This document shows positions 55,200 through 64,000 of a stretch of DNA of 64,000 nt, one piece after another. Every line of letters begins with the position of its first letter. Position 1 is the first letter of the stretch. The stretch is from a virus (taxonomy: Duplodnaviria; Caudoviricetes): the IMG/VR virus record IMGVR_UViG_3300042507_004106; one strand, given 5' to 3'. Below the pieces are notes generated by a model that saw only the letters and a program-made list of their open reading frames with translations, made no database searches and was not told the DNA's origin. A program made the position numbers and the translations under genes.

Positions 55200-55880
55200 T
55201 TATTCCTCTACTGATAGTTCTGGTCTTTCTATTTCTTCAGGTTGTTCACGAACCACAACATCATAAACAGCATCAATCGTTTCACAAGCATCAATCTCTT
55301 GAAGTTTTACTAACTCCCAATCAAACGCTTCTTGAACTTTTGCATCAATTTGATTCAGAACATACTGGAGATCTTCTGTAGTAATTTCTAACCAAGTATT
55401 TTTAAATTTGTAATTATGAGTGCCTGGAGATGATGAAAGTTTAGATGCTAAAAGAACTCTTTCTTCTCTTGAGGTTGCTACTTGTACTTCAGTACCATTT
55501 ATTGTTATGGTGATTATAGTATTTTCTTTTTCTCTTCTATAAGGAGCAACTTCTTGTTTACGAAATTCTTTAACTTCTTCTAAAGTCTTATCAGTAATTG
55601 GATGAGTTAATAATACTTTTACTGGAACACCATTCTCTTCAATAATTTCCCAAGTAAAGTTTCCTACATTATGATACTTTGGATCATTTTGAAGAATACT
55701 TTTTTCAACTTCAACAAGATGTGTAAGACCATCACTAAAATGAATAGGAAGTGAAGAAAAACTTTGAGGGGAAATTCTCTCTTCTACTTCGAGTTCTTCT
55801 AACTCTTGGTTAATATAACGAACATTCATTCCAAATGGTCCAAGTTCTAATGAATTGTTATGAATGAGTGCTATTTCCAT
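55200..55880 (-). CDS. DUF4376-like tail-fibre-associated protein
   Basis: KQEVAPYRREKE...VATSREER...WLEIT..DL...I...VQ.AF.WE; CATAAATA late promoter at 55895-55902. Confidence 0.65.
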   Translation of the reverse strand: MEIALIHNNSLELGPFGMNVRYINQELEELEVEERISPQSFSSLPIHFSDGLTHLVEVEKSILQNDPKYHNVGNFTWEIIEENGVPVKVLLTHPITDKTLEEVKEFRKQEVAPYRREKENTIITITINGTEVQVATSREERVLLASKLSSSPGTHNYKFKNTWLEITTEDLQYVLNQIDAKVQEAFDWELVKLQEIDACETIDAVYDVVVREQPEEIERPELSVEE

Positions 55881-55897
55881 TATCGTTTTTTAAGTAT

Positions 55898-57109
55898 TTA
55901 TGAGAGGGGGTATTCAGCGTTGATTCCAGATTCAATTGCTACAGTATGAGTCTCCCCAGCATCCACTTGTTTCCAGTTAGTTCCTCCAGAAAATAAAGTG
56001 ACTGGAGTACTTATAGTACCTGTGGTTATTCCAATTCCAAGTCTTCCGTTAGTTCCAAGTCCCCAAATCCAGAAGGTTCCATCAGTCTTAATTGCTGCTG
56101 TATGAGAACCTCCAGAACTCACTTGTTTCCAATTAGTTCCTCCAGAGAATGTAGTGACTGGAGTGGATACACTGGTTGTTGATGCATTTCCAAGTCGTCC
56201 AGAAGTTCCAATACCCCAAGTCCATAAAGTTCCATCAGTTTTGATTGCTGCTGTATGTTGAGTTCCACAAGAAACTTGTTTCCAGTTGGTTCCTCCAGCG
56301 AATGTAGTGACTGGAGTACTTATAGTACCTGTTATTATTCCATTTCCAAGTCTTCCATTACCTCCAGTACCCCATATCCATAAAGTCCCATCAGTCTTAA
56401 TTGCTGCTGTATTAAGACTGGTGACACCGGGTGAGGAACAACTTACTTGTTTCCAGTTGGTTCCTCCAGCGAATGTAGTGACTGGAGTACTTATATTACC
56501 TGTGGTTATTCCATTTCCAAGTCGTCCATTACCTCCAGTACCCCAAGTCCATAAGGTTCCATCGGTTTTGATTGCTGCTGTATGACTGAATCCAGAACTC
56601 ACTTGTTTCCAGTTGGTTCCTCCAGCGAATGTAGTGACTGGAGTACTTATATTACCTGTTGTTACTGCGTTTCCAAGTCTTCCGTTAGTTCCATTACCCC
56701 AAGTCCATAAGGTTCCATCAGTCTTGATTGCTGCTGTATGAGAATCTCCAGAACTCACTTGTTTCCAGTTGGTTCCTCCAGCAAATGTGGTTACTGGTCT
56801 GGATTTAGAACCTGTTCCGCTTGCGTCTCCAAGCGCACCAGAAGTTCCAAAACCCCAAGTCCATAAGGTTCCATCAGTTTTGATTGCTGTGGTATTCTCC
56901 CCTCCAGCACTTACTTGTTTCCAGTTGGTTCCTCCAGAGAATGTAGTGACTGGAGTGGATCTATCAGTTGTTGATGAATTTCCAAGTTTTCCATCAAGTC
57001 CTCCTCCCCAAGTCCATAATTGATCACCAATATATTGATCAATTAACCAATATTCAGTTACAAAATAATTTTCTATATCTCCTTCTGGGGAAAAGAATTC
57101 ATTAGACAT
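55898..57109 (-). CDS. RCC1-repeat beta-propeller protein (7 repeats), overlapping the fibre stop
   Basis: Same scaffold; 8-nt overlap with the fibre gene. Confidence 0.9.
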   Translation of the reverse strand: MSNEFFSPEGDIENYFVTEYWLIDQYIGDQLWTWGGGLDGKLGNSSTTDRSTPVTTFSGGTNWKQVSAGGENTTAIKTDGTLWTWGFGTSGALGDASGTGSKSRPVTTFAGGTNWKQVSSGDSHTAAIKTDGTLWTWGNGTNGRLGNAVTTGNISTPVTTFAGGTNWKQVSSGFSHTAAIKTDGTLWTWGTGGNGRLGNGITTGNISTPVTTFAGGTNWKQVSCSSPGVTSLNTAAIKTDGTLWIWGTGGNGRLGNGIITGTISTPVTTFAGGTNWKQVSCGTQHTAAIKTDGTLWTWGIGTSGRLGNASTTSVSTPVTTFSGGTNWKQVSSGGSHTAAIKTDGTFWIWGLGTNGRLGIGITTGTISTPVTLFSGGTNWKQVDAGETHTVAIESGINAEYPLS

Positions 57110-60100
57110 CTAACTTTCTCTCCAACTCTTCTATACGAACTTGCTGTTCCTTAATTGCTTCAATGAGTAATCCAACAATATTTCCATAAGAAACTGTCTT
57201 CAATCCTTGATCATTTGTATTTACAACTTCAGGAAGTACCTTTTCAATCTCTTGTGCGATTACACCGATTGATGGTTGACTATGATCATCTACCCACTTA
57301 TATTTAACACCTTGAATTTGTTTTACAGTCTCTATAGCATTTGTAATTGGAGTAATATCAGTTTTTTGAGTTCTATCGGATAGTGATGTAAATACCGTTG
57401 CTGATAGAGTACCAGTAGATGGATTGAATGTTAGTTTTGATGATGATACATTTACTGTAGATACAGAACCTGATGTTGCATCATCAAATAAAATATATCT
57501 GGTTGCGTTTGTTGAAGTATCATCAGAAACTGTGATACCACCAGATACGCCAGTCAATTGAGATCCATCACCAAAATATCTAAACGCAGTAACAATACCA
57601 GCAGCGAGAACTGAAGTATTTGCTGATGTGACTACTGCTGTTGGATTTGTGGTTCCTATACCAACACCACTAGAATTAATTCTCATTCTTTCGTTTGAGA
57701 TTAATGTTCCACCAGTAAAGAATGAAATATATTTTGCTACAGATGCATTAATCGCACCGATACTTAAGTTACCATCAGAAGTATATAAGTATCCATCATT
57801 CGCACCATTAATAGTCCAGGATCCTACAGAGTATCCACTATTATTAATACCAAGGTCAATAAAGTTTGAAGAATCGTTTCCATTATCTGAAGTAATAATT
57901 ATGTCTGCAGATGCATTTGTTCCCGAACTTGTGTTTCTTAAGTTAACTTGCCCATAACTGTTTGCATTTGTAGTGTAATCAGCAAGACAATTTGTAAGAC
58001 CTATTGTTGCAGGAGTTCCAGTATCAGTGACTGTGAAAATATACTGTGCGTTTGTAGTTCCAACACCAACATTAGAAAGTGTATGAATTCCAACCGTTGT
58101 TTTTGCCCAGTAACTATCACCCACAACACCTTGAACACCTTGGATTCCTTGAGTTCCTGTAGTACCTTGAACACCTTGGGTTCCTTGAGTACCTTGAATA
58201 CCTTGAGTTCCTTGAGTACCAGTGGTTCCTTGAGTTCCTGTAGTACCTTGAACACCTTGGGTTCCTGTAGTACCTTGAGTACCAGTAGTTCCTTGAGTAC
58301 CAGTGGTTCCTTGAGTTCCTGTAGTACCTTGAACACCTTGGGTTCCTTGAGTACCTTGAATACCTTGAGTTCCTTGAGTACCAGTAGTTCCTTGAATACC
58401 TTGGATACCTTGGCGACCTTGGATGCCTTGGATACCTTGGATACCTTGAGTTCCTGTAGTTCCTTGAGTACCAGTAGTTCCTTGAGTACCAGTAGTTCCT
58501 TGAGTACCAGTAGTTCCTTGAATACCTTGGATACCTTGAGTACCTGTAGTTCCTTGAGTTCCTGTAGTACCTTGAGTACCAGTAGTTCCTTGAGTACCAG
58601 TGGTTCCTTGAGTACCAGTGGTTCCTTGAATACCTTGGCGACCTTGGATGCCTTGGATACCTTGGATACCTTGAGTTCCTGTAGTTCCTTGAGTACCAGT
58701 AGTTCCTTGAGTACCAGTAGTTCCTTGAATACCTTGGATACCTTGAGTTCCTGTAGTTCCTTGAGTACCTTGAGTACCTTGAACACCTTGGATTCCCTGA
58801 GTACCCTGCGTTCCTTGAACACCTTGGGTTCCTGTAGTACCTTGGATTCCTTGGATACCTGCAGCAAAAGGAGAAGTCCAAGAAACACCAGCACCTGTAG
58901 AAATTAAAACACTACCAGCAACACCTACATTTCCATAGAAATCTCTTAAGGAGGAATCAAGTTCTACAAGTCCACCAAAAGTAGAAGCACCAGAAACTCT
59001 CACATCACCAACAACATGAAGTTTTGATGTTGGATTTGTGGTTCCAATACCAACTTTTTCAGTCGTTCCATAAGGTGCTAGTGCAATTGTTCCATCAGCA
59101 TTCACATCAATACTTGGAATACCAGAAACATCATTAACTGAGAAGATAGATCCGGAGGTTAGATTATTTGTAATGCTGAATAATTGACCTGCAGAACCTT
59201 CAAATGAAAGTGTTCCAGAATTTAAAGTATCATAAGGAATAATATCAATAATAGTACCGATTCCCACTGTTCCAGCGATGTTAACATTGTTTCCGAAAGT
59301 GGAAACACCAGAAACATTCAGTTGTGGAGTGCTTACTGTTGTATCAGTAACTTTCATTCCACCAGCAGCAAGTCTAGTTCCACTAGGAAGATCAAAAGTA
59401 CCAACACCAACAGCATAATTGGTTATCCAGGCATCAGTATTAAGTCCAGTAAAGGTGCCTGATTTAATCCACATAATTTGCTTATATGTGGATGGAATAT
59501 CATCAGTACCAACACCTGCACTGATATCTAATAATGGACTTCCTTCAGTCGATGCAACTGCAATACCACCATGATTTGCTGTAATATCGTTTGAAATAAC
59601 GACACCACCTGCAGTAGTTGCTAAACCGACAATAATATCTTTATCTCTTACAGTTAATGTTGAGGAAGCAATAAGAACACTGGTTCCACCAATTGTTACG
59701 TTACCGCCAACATAAAGATTAGTACCATCAAAAGTTAAATTACCAGATCCAGTTGGATTATTTGAACCATCCTTATAAACAACTTGATTTGCAGAACCTG
59801 CTACAGGTCCGGTTGTTCCTTGGACACCTTGAATACCTTGAGTACCAGTAGTTCCTTGAGTACCTTGAATACCTTGAGTTCCTTGAGTACCAGTGGTTCC
59901 TTGAGTACCAGTGGTTCCTTGAATACCTTGGCGACCTTGGATGCCTTGAACACCTTGGGTTCCTGTAGTTCCTTGAGTACCAGTGGTTCCTTGAGTACCA
60001 GTGGTTCCTTGAATACCTTGGCGACCTTGGATGCCTTGAACACCTTGAGTACCTTGAGTACCAGTGGTTCCCTGAGTACCCTGAATACCTTGAGTTCCTT

Positions 60101-63100
60101 GAGTACCTTGTGTTCCTTGGATGCCTTGAACACCTTGAGTACCAGTAGTTCCTTGAGTACCAGTAGTTCCTTGAGTACCAGTAGTTCCCTGAGTACCCTG
60201 AATACCTTGGATTCCCTGAGTACCTTGAGTACCTGTGGTTCCTTGAGTACCTGTGGTTCCTTGAGTACCTTGAGTACCTTGAGTACCTTGAGTACCTTGA
60301 GTACCTTGAGTACCCTGAATACCTTGGATTCCCTGAGTACCTTGAGTACCTTGAGTACCTTGAGTACCCTGAATACCTTGGATTCCCTGAGTACCTTGAA
60401 TACCTTGGATACCTTGAGTGCCGGTAGTACCCTGAATTCCCTGAGTTCCCTGAGTACCTTGAACACCTTGGATACCTTGTGTTCCCTGAGTACCTTGAGT
60501 ACCTTGAGTACCAGTGGTTCCCTGAGTACCCTGAATACCTTGAGTACCTTGAGTACCCTGCGTTCCTTGGATGCCTTGAACACCTTGAGTACCTTGAGTA
60601 CCTTGAGTACCCTGCGTTCCTTGGATGCCTTGAACACCTTGAGTACCTTGAGTACCTTGAACACCTTGGATTCCCTGAGTACCTTGAGTACCTTGAGTAC
60701 CCTGAATACCTTGAGCACCAGTAATTCCTTGAGTACCTTGTCTTCCTTGAATACCCTGAATACCTTGAATACCTTGAGTACCCTGCGTTCCTTGGATGCC
60801 TTGAGTACCCTGGGTTCCTTGAGTTCCTTGAGTACCTTGGACACCTTGAGTACCAGCAGCAAAAGGAGCAGTCCAAGAAACTCCAGCACCAGTTGATACT
60901 AAAATTGATCCAGCAACACCAACATTATTATAGATATCTTTTAATGTTGAATTAAGTTCAATTTGTTGATCAAATGTTGCAATTCCTGAAACTACTAAAG
61001 AATTAAAAGTTGGAGTATCAGAAACTGTAATTGTTGCAATTGCACCGCCAACTGTTGATGTTGCAATAATGTTATTTCCTCTAAAATCAAGGTTTGTAAC
61101 GCTACCTGCAGTGCCTACTATTACACCTTCATCGCGAACAATAATACCATCAAGAGTACCAGCACCCGCTTGAGTGATTGGCTGCCAACTCCATCCACCA
61201 GTCCCATCCGCTACTGGAACATAAGTATTTTGACCAAAAGTAACTCCATCAGGAGATAACTGATTAACATCTAATTTATCAAATGTTCCTATACCAGAAG
61301 CATTAATATTTCTAACAACTGCTAAATCTCTTTCCGTAAATTGAACCGAACCAGCGGCAAGTCTTGTACCATTCGGGAATTGTGTTGAACCAATACCAAC
61401 AGCATAGTTAATTAACCAAGCATCGGTTCCAAGTCCAGAGAATGCTCCAGATCTGAACCACATAATTTTCTTATATGTGGCGGGTGCAGTTTCAATACCA
61501 GCAATGAATAAAGGTACTAATGGAGATCCTTCAGTTGATGCAACTGCAATACCGCCGTGATTTGCGGTTGTATCCGTAGAAGCATCTTGATTCTGAGCAT
61601 TAGTAGTAACGCCAAGAATAATATCAGCATCAAGAACTCTTAAATCTTGAGCGGTGATAACTGTTGTTGTTCCACCAATACTTAAGTTATTAGTAACATT
61701 AAGGTCATATACACTTAACTGTGTTCCATCAAAAGTTAAGTTTGAAGAACCAGTGGGATTATTAGAAGCATCTTTATAAACAACTTGGTTTGCAGATCCC
61801 GCTACTGGTCCGGTTGTACCTTGAACACCTTGAGTACCTTGAGTACCCTGAGTTCCTTGAACACCCTGAACACCTTGAGTTCCTTGAGTACCCTGAGTTC
61901 CTTGAGTACCCTGAATACCTTGGATTCCCTGAGTACCTTGAGTACCTTGAGTACCTTGAGTACCTTGAGTACCTTGAACACCTTGGATTCCCTGAGTACC
62001 TTGAGTACCTTGTGTTCCTTGAACACCTTGAGTTCCTTGAGTACCTTGTGTTCCTTGAACACCTTGAGTTCCTTGAGTTCCTTGAGTTCCTTGGATGCCT
62101 TGAACACCTTGAGTACCTTGAGTACCTTGAACACCTTGAGTTCCTTGAGTTCCTTGAGTTCCTTGGATGCCTTGAACACCTTGAGTACCTTGAGTACCTT
62201 GAACACCTTGGATTCCCTGAGTACCTTGAGTACCTTGAACACCTTGGATTCCCTGAGTACCTTGAGTACCTTGTGTTCCTTGGATGCCTTGAACACCTTG
62301 AGTTCCTTGAACACCCTGAACACCTTGAGTTCCTTGAGTACCCTGAGTTCCTTGAACACCCTGAACACCTTGAGTTCCTTGAGTACCCTGAGTTCCTTGA
62401 ACACCCTGAACACCTTGAGTTCCTTGAGTACCCTGAGTTCCTTGAGTACCCTGAATACCTTGGATTCCCTGAGTACCTTGAGTACCTTGAGTACCTTGAA
62501 TACCTTGGATTCCCTGAGTACCTTGAGTACCTTGAGTACCTTGAGTACCTTGAGTACCTTGCGTTCCTTGAACACCTTGGGTTCCTTGGGTTCCTTGAAC
62601 TCCTTGAATACCTTGAGTTCCTTGAACGCCTTGAATTCCTTGAGTACCTTGTGTTCCTTGAACACCCTGAACACCTTGAGTGCCTTGAGTACCTTGGATT
62701 CCTTGTACACCCTGAGTACCTTGAGTACCTTGAGTACCTTGAGTTCCTTGGATGCCCTGAACACCTTGAGTGCCTTGAGTACCTTGGATTCCTTGTACAC
62801 CCTGAGTACCTTGAGTACCTTGAGTACCTTGAGTTCCCTGAGTTCCCTGAGTACCTTGGATTCCTTGAGTACCCTGTGTTCCTTGGATGCCTTGAACACC
62901 TTGGGTTCCTTGAGTACCTTGAGTACCCTGAACACCTTGAGTACCTTGGACACCTTGAGTTCCTTGAACACCCTGGGTTCCTTGAGTTCCCTGTACCCCT
63001 TGAATACCTGCCGCAAAAGGAGCAGTCCAAGAAACTCCAGCACCCGTAGAAATAAGAATAGATCCAGCAACACCTACATTATTATAAATGTCCTTAAGAC

Positions 63101-64000
63101 CCGCATCTAATTCTAGAGTATTAGAAAATGTAGAAACTCCAGAAACACTTAAATTAGTTACGTTAGCACTATCAACATTTACAATCACTACGTCTGCTTG
63201 TGAAGATGTTATAATTCCAGAAGCATTAATATTTCTTACAACTACTAAATCCTGCTCAGTAAACTGAACAGAACCAGCAGCAAGTCTTGTTCCAGTTGGG
63301 AATTGTGTTGAACCAATACCGACTGCATAATTGATTAACCAAGCATCAGTTCCAAGTCCAGCAAAAGTGCCTTCCTTGAACCACATAATTTTCTTATATG
63401 TGGAAGGTGCTGTCTCAATTCCAGTAACAAATAAATTAACTAATGGAGTTCCTTCTGTAGAGGCAAGAGCAACACCACCGTGATTCGCAGTATTATCGTT
63501 AGAAACATCATTACCAAACGCATCTGTTCTATATCCAAGAATAATATCAGGGTCAGTAACAGTTAATTCCTGAACATTAATAAATGCTGTTGTTCCACCA
63601 ATCGTAATATTTCCAGTTACATTTAAATTACGATTAACTTGAAGATCTCTGCTAACTGTTAAGTCTTGTGGAACTACAAGATTTGTTGGAAGACTTAATG
63701 TTGGTGTAGACCCTTCACCAGTTCCACCAGTAACCGTGATTTGATTTGAGGTTCCAGAAATATCCTTTACATAATCACCAAAAGTATCTGTACCTAATCC
63801 AACACTATTAGGTTGAATTGTTGCTGCTAAAGATACATTACCTGTACCATCAAAACTAATTGCAGAAGCAACTACATCACCAGTAATTTCAAACGTTCTT
63901 GGAGTTTCAAGTTTAGTTGCTGTAGTCGCAGTACCAGTTAAATCTCCTACAAAACCACCAACAGAAGTAGTGACTCCTAGGATATAAGCATTTTGACCAA
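57102..64000 (-). CDS. Giant collagen-like tail fibre with C-terminal peptidase S74 chaperone; 5' end lies outside the window
   Basis: Frame is open from 63998 (GQNAYILG...) through the track ORF; three long (G-T/V/I-Q)n runs; SDRTQK...IGVIAQEIEKVLP...LLIEAIKE at the end. Confidence 0.9.
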   Translation of the reverse strand, partial: GQNAYILGVTTSVGGFVGDLTGTATTATKLETPRTFEITGDVVASAISFDGTGNVSLAATIQPNSVGLGTDTFGDYVKDISGTSNQITVTGGTGEGSTPTLSLPTNLVVPQDLTVSRDLQVNRNLNVTGNITIGGTTAFINVQELTVTDPDIILGYRTDAFGNDVSNDNTANHGGVALASTEGTPLVNLFVTGIETAPSTYKKIMWFKEGTFAGLGTDAWLINYAVGIGSTQFPTGTRLAAGSVQFTEQDLVVVRNINASGIITSSQADVVIVNVDSANVTNLSVSGVSTFSNTLELDAGLKDIYNNVGVAGSILISTGAGVSWTAPFAAGIQGVQGTQGTQGVQGTQGVQGTQGVQGTQGTQGTQGVQGIQGTQGTQGIQGTQGTQGTQGTQGTQGTQGVQGIQGTQGTQGVQGIQGTQGTQGTQGTQGVQGIQGTQGTQGVQGVQGTQGTQGIQGVQGTQGIQGVQGTQGTQGVQGTQGTQGTQGTQGTQGTQGIQGIQGTQGTQGTQGIQGIQGTQGTQGTQGTQGVQGVQGTQGTQGTQGVQGVQGTQGTQGTQGVQGVQGTQGVQGIQGTQGTQGTQGIQGVQGTQGTQGIQGVQGTQGTQGVQGIQGTQGTQGTQGVQGTQGTQGVQGIQGTQGTQGTQGVQGTQGTQGTQGVQGTQGTQGTQGIQGVQGTQGTQGTQGTQGTQGIQGIQGTQGTQGTQGTQGVQGVQGTQGTQGTQGVQGTTGPVAGSANQVVYKDASNNPTGSSNLTFDGTQLSVYDLNVTNNLSIGGTTTVITAQDLRVLDADIILGVTTNAQNQDASTDTTANHGGIAVASTEGSPLVPLFIAGIETAPATYKKIMWFRSGAFSGLGTDAWLINYAVGIGSTQFPNGTRLAAGSVQFTERDLAVVRNINASGIGTFDKLDVNQLSPDGVTFGQNTYVPVADGTGGWSWQPITQAGAGTLDGIIVRDEGVIVGTAGSVTNLDFRGNNIIATSTVGGAIATITVSDTPTFNSLVVSGIATFDQQIELNSTLKDIYNNVGVAGSILVSTGAGVSWTAPFAAGTQGVQGTQGTQGTQGTQGIQGTQGTQGIQGIQGIQGRQGTQGITGAQGIQGTQGTQGTQGIQGVQGTQGTQGVQGIQGTQGTQGTQGTQGVQGIQGTQGTQGTQGIQGTQGTTGTQGTQGTQGTQGIQGVQGTQGTQGIQGTTGTQGIQGIQGTQGIQGIQGTQGTQGTQGTQGIQGIQGTQGTQGTQGTQGTQGTQGTTGTQGTTGTQGTQGIQGIQGTQGTTGTQGTTGTQGTTGTQGVQGIQGTQGTQGTQGIQGTQGTTGTQGTQGVQGIQGRQGIQGTTGTQGTTGTQGTTGTQGVQGIQGRQGIQGTTGTQGTTGTQGTQGIQGTQGTTGTQGIQGVQGTTGPVAGSANQVVYKDGSNNPTGSGNLTFDGTNLYVGGNVTIGGTSVLIASSTLTVRDKDIIVGLATTAGGVVISNDITANHGGIAVASTEGSPLLDISAGVGTDDIPSTYKQIMWIKSGTFTGLNTDAWITNYAVGVGTFDLPSGTRLAAGGMKVTDTTVSTPQLNVSGVSTFGNNVNIAGTVGIGTIIDIIPYDTLNSGTLSFEGSAGQLFSITNNLTSGSIFSVNDVSGIPSIDVNADGTIALAPYGTTEKVGIGTTNPTSKLHVVGDVRVSGASTFGGLVELDSSLRDFYGNVGVAGSVLISTGAGVSWTSPFAAGIQGIQGTTGTQGVQGTQGTQGIQGVQGTQGTQGTTGTQGIQGIQGTTGTQGTTGTQGTTGTQGIQGIQGIQGRQGIQGTTGTQGTTGTQGTTGTQGTTGTQGTTGTQGIQGIQGTTGTQGTTGTQGTTGTQGTTGTQGIQGIQGIQGRQGIQGIQGTTGTQGTQGIQGTQGTQGVQGTTGTQGTTGTQGTTGTQGTTGTQGVQGTTGTQGTTGTQGTQGIQGTQGTQGVQGTTGTQGIQGVQGVVGDSYWAKTTVGIHTLSNVGVGTTNAQYIFTVTDTGTPATIGLTNCLADYTTNANSYGQVNLRNTSSGTNASADIIITSDNGNDSSNFIDLGINNSGYSVGSWTINGANDGYLYTSDGNLSIGAINASVAKYISFFTGGTLISNERMRINSSGVGIGTTNPTAVVTSANTSVLAAGIVTAFRYFGDGSQLTGVSGGITVSDDTSTNATRYILFDDATSGSVSTVNVSSSKLTFNPSTGTLSATVFTSLSDRTQKTDITPITNAIETVKQIQGVKYKWVDDHSQPSIGVIAQEIEKVLPEVVNTNDQGLKTVSYGNIVGLLIEAIKEQQVRIEELERKLDV
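58120..58860 (-). repeat. Collagen-like 9-nt repeat tract 3 (GTQ/GIQ/GTT)
   Basis: Periodic CAAGGT/ACT-type 9-mers; boundaries approximate. Confidence 0.9.
59813..60855 (-). repeat. Collagen-like 9-nt repeat tract 2
   Basis: Same 9-nt periodicity; boundaries approximate. Confidence 0.9.
61810..63010 (-). repeat. Collagen-like 9-nt repeat tract 1 (GTQ/GVQ/GIQ)
   Basis: Same 9-nt periodicity; boundaries approximate. Confidence 0.9.

Noticed and set aside
49010-57023. + strand ORFs (MVPPANVVTGV...) over the RCC1 genes
   Set aside because: Antisense shadows of the repeated RCC1 scaffold; no independent start or promoter evidence.
48445-57109. RCC1 or collagen repeats as a CRISPR array or DGR target
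   Set aside because: Repeats are in-frame coding units with no non-coding repeat-spacer structure. No reverse transcriptase or template repeat is in the window, and variation is not visibly adenine-restricted. A DGR elsewhere in the genome cannot be excluded.
57948-63110. Long alternative-frame and antisense ORFs (SRYSRN-, STLNTL-, LKVLKE-, LEYLEH-rich)
   Set aside because: By-products of the 9-nt collagen periodicity, which keeps other frames open; low complexity and confined to the repeat tracts.

Overview
A 64-kb fragment of an AT-rich T4-like myovirus, almost certainly a cyanophage: cyanomyophage gene order thyX-phoH-exonuclease-gp33-gp59-gp32-gp53/48/2/4-gp26-gp51-gp5, plus an NtcA box and a glnA-type riboswitch. 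Nearly all genes are on the - strand. Left to right: (1) 1-6.7 kb, small overlapping hypothetical ORFs, a HiPIP-like gene, a GIY-YIG endonuclease and an SF2 helicase; (2) 6.7-14.1 kb, two large virion/fibre proteins; (3) 14.5-15.7 kb, three atypical tRNAs with an HNH endonuclease and a Phd/YefM-like gene; (4) 15.7-28.4 kb, baseplate/tail genes; (5) 28.4-36.9 kb, a Mom-like gene, replication/late-transcription genes, phoH, a second GIY-YIG, thyX, an insulated NtcA box + glutamine riboswitch + small-peptide operon, and glutaredoxin; (6) 36.9-64 kb, a ~27-kb island of glycosyl-, methyl- and sulfotransferases, 2OG oxygenases, a radical SAM fusion and three RCC1 propellers, downstream of a giant proline-free collagen-like fibre that runs off the right edge. 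Strongest candidates for undescribed biology: a nitrogen-sensing operon whose peptides resemble a split glutamine-synthetase inactivating factor; a HiPIP carrying a T4-type capsid-targeting N-terminus; and a fibre glycosylation/adhesin island. All family assignments come from motif recognition by eye; no database searches were run.
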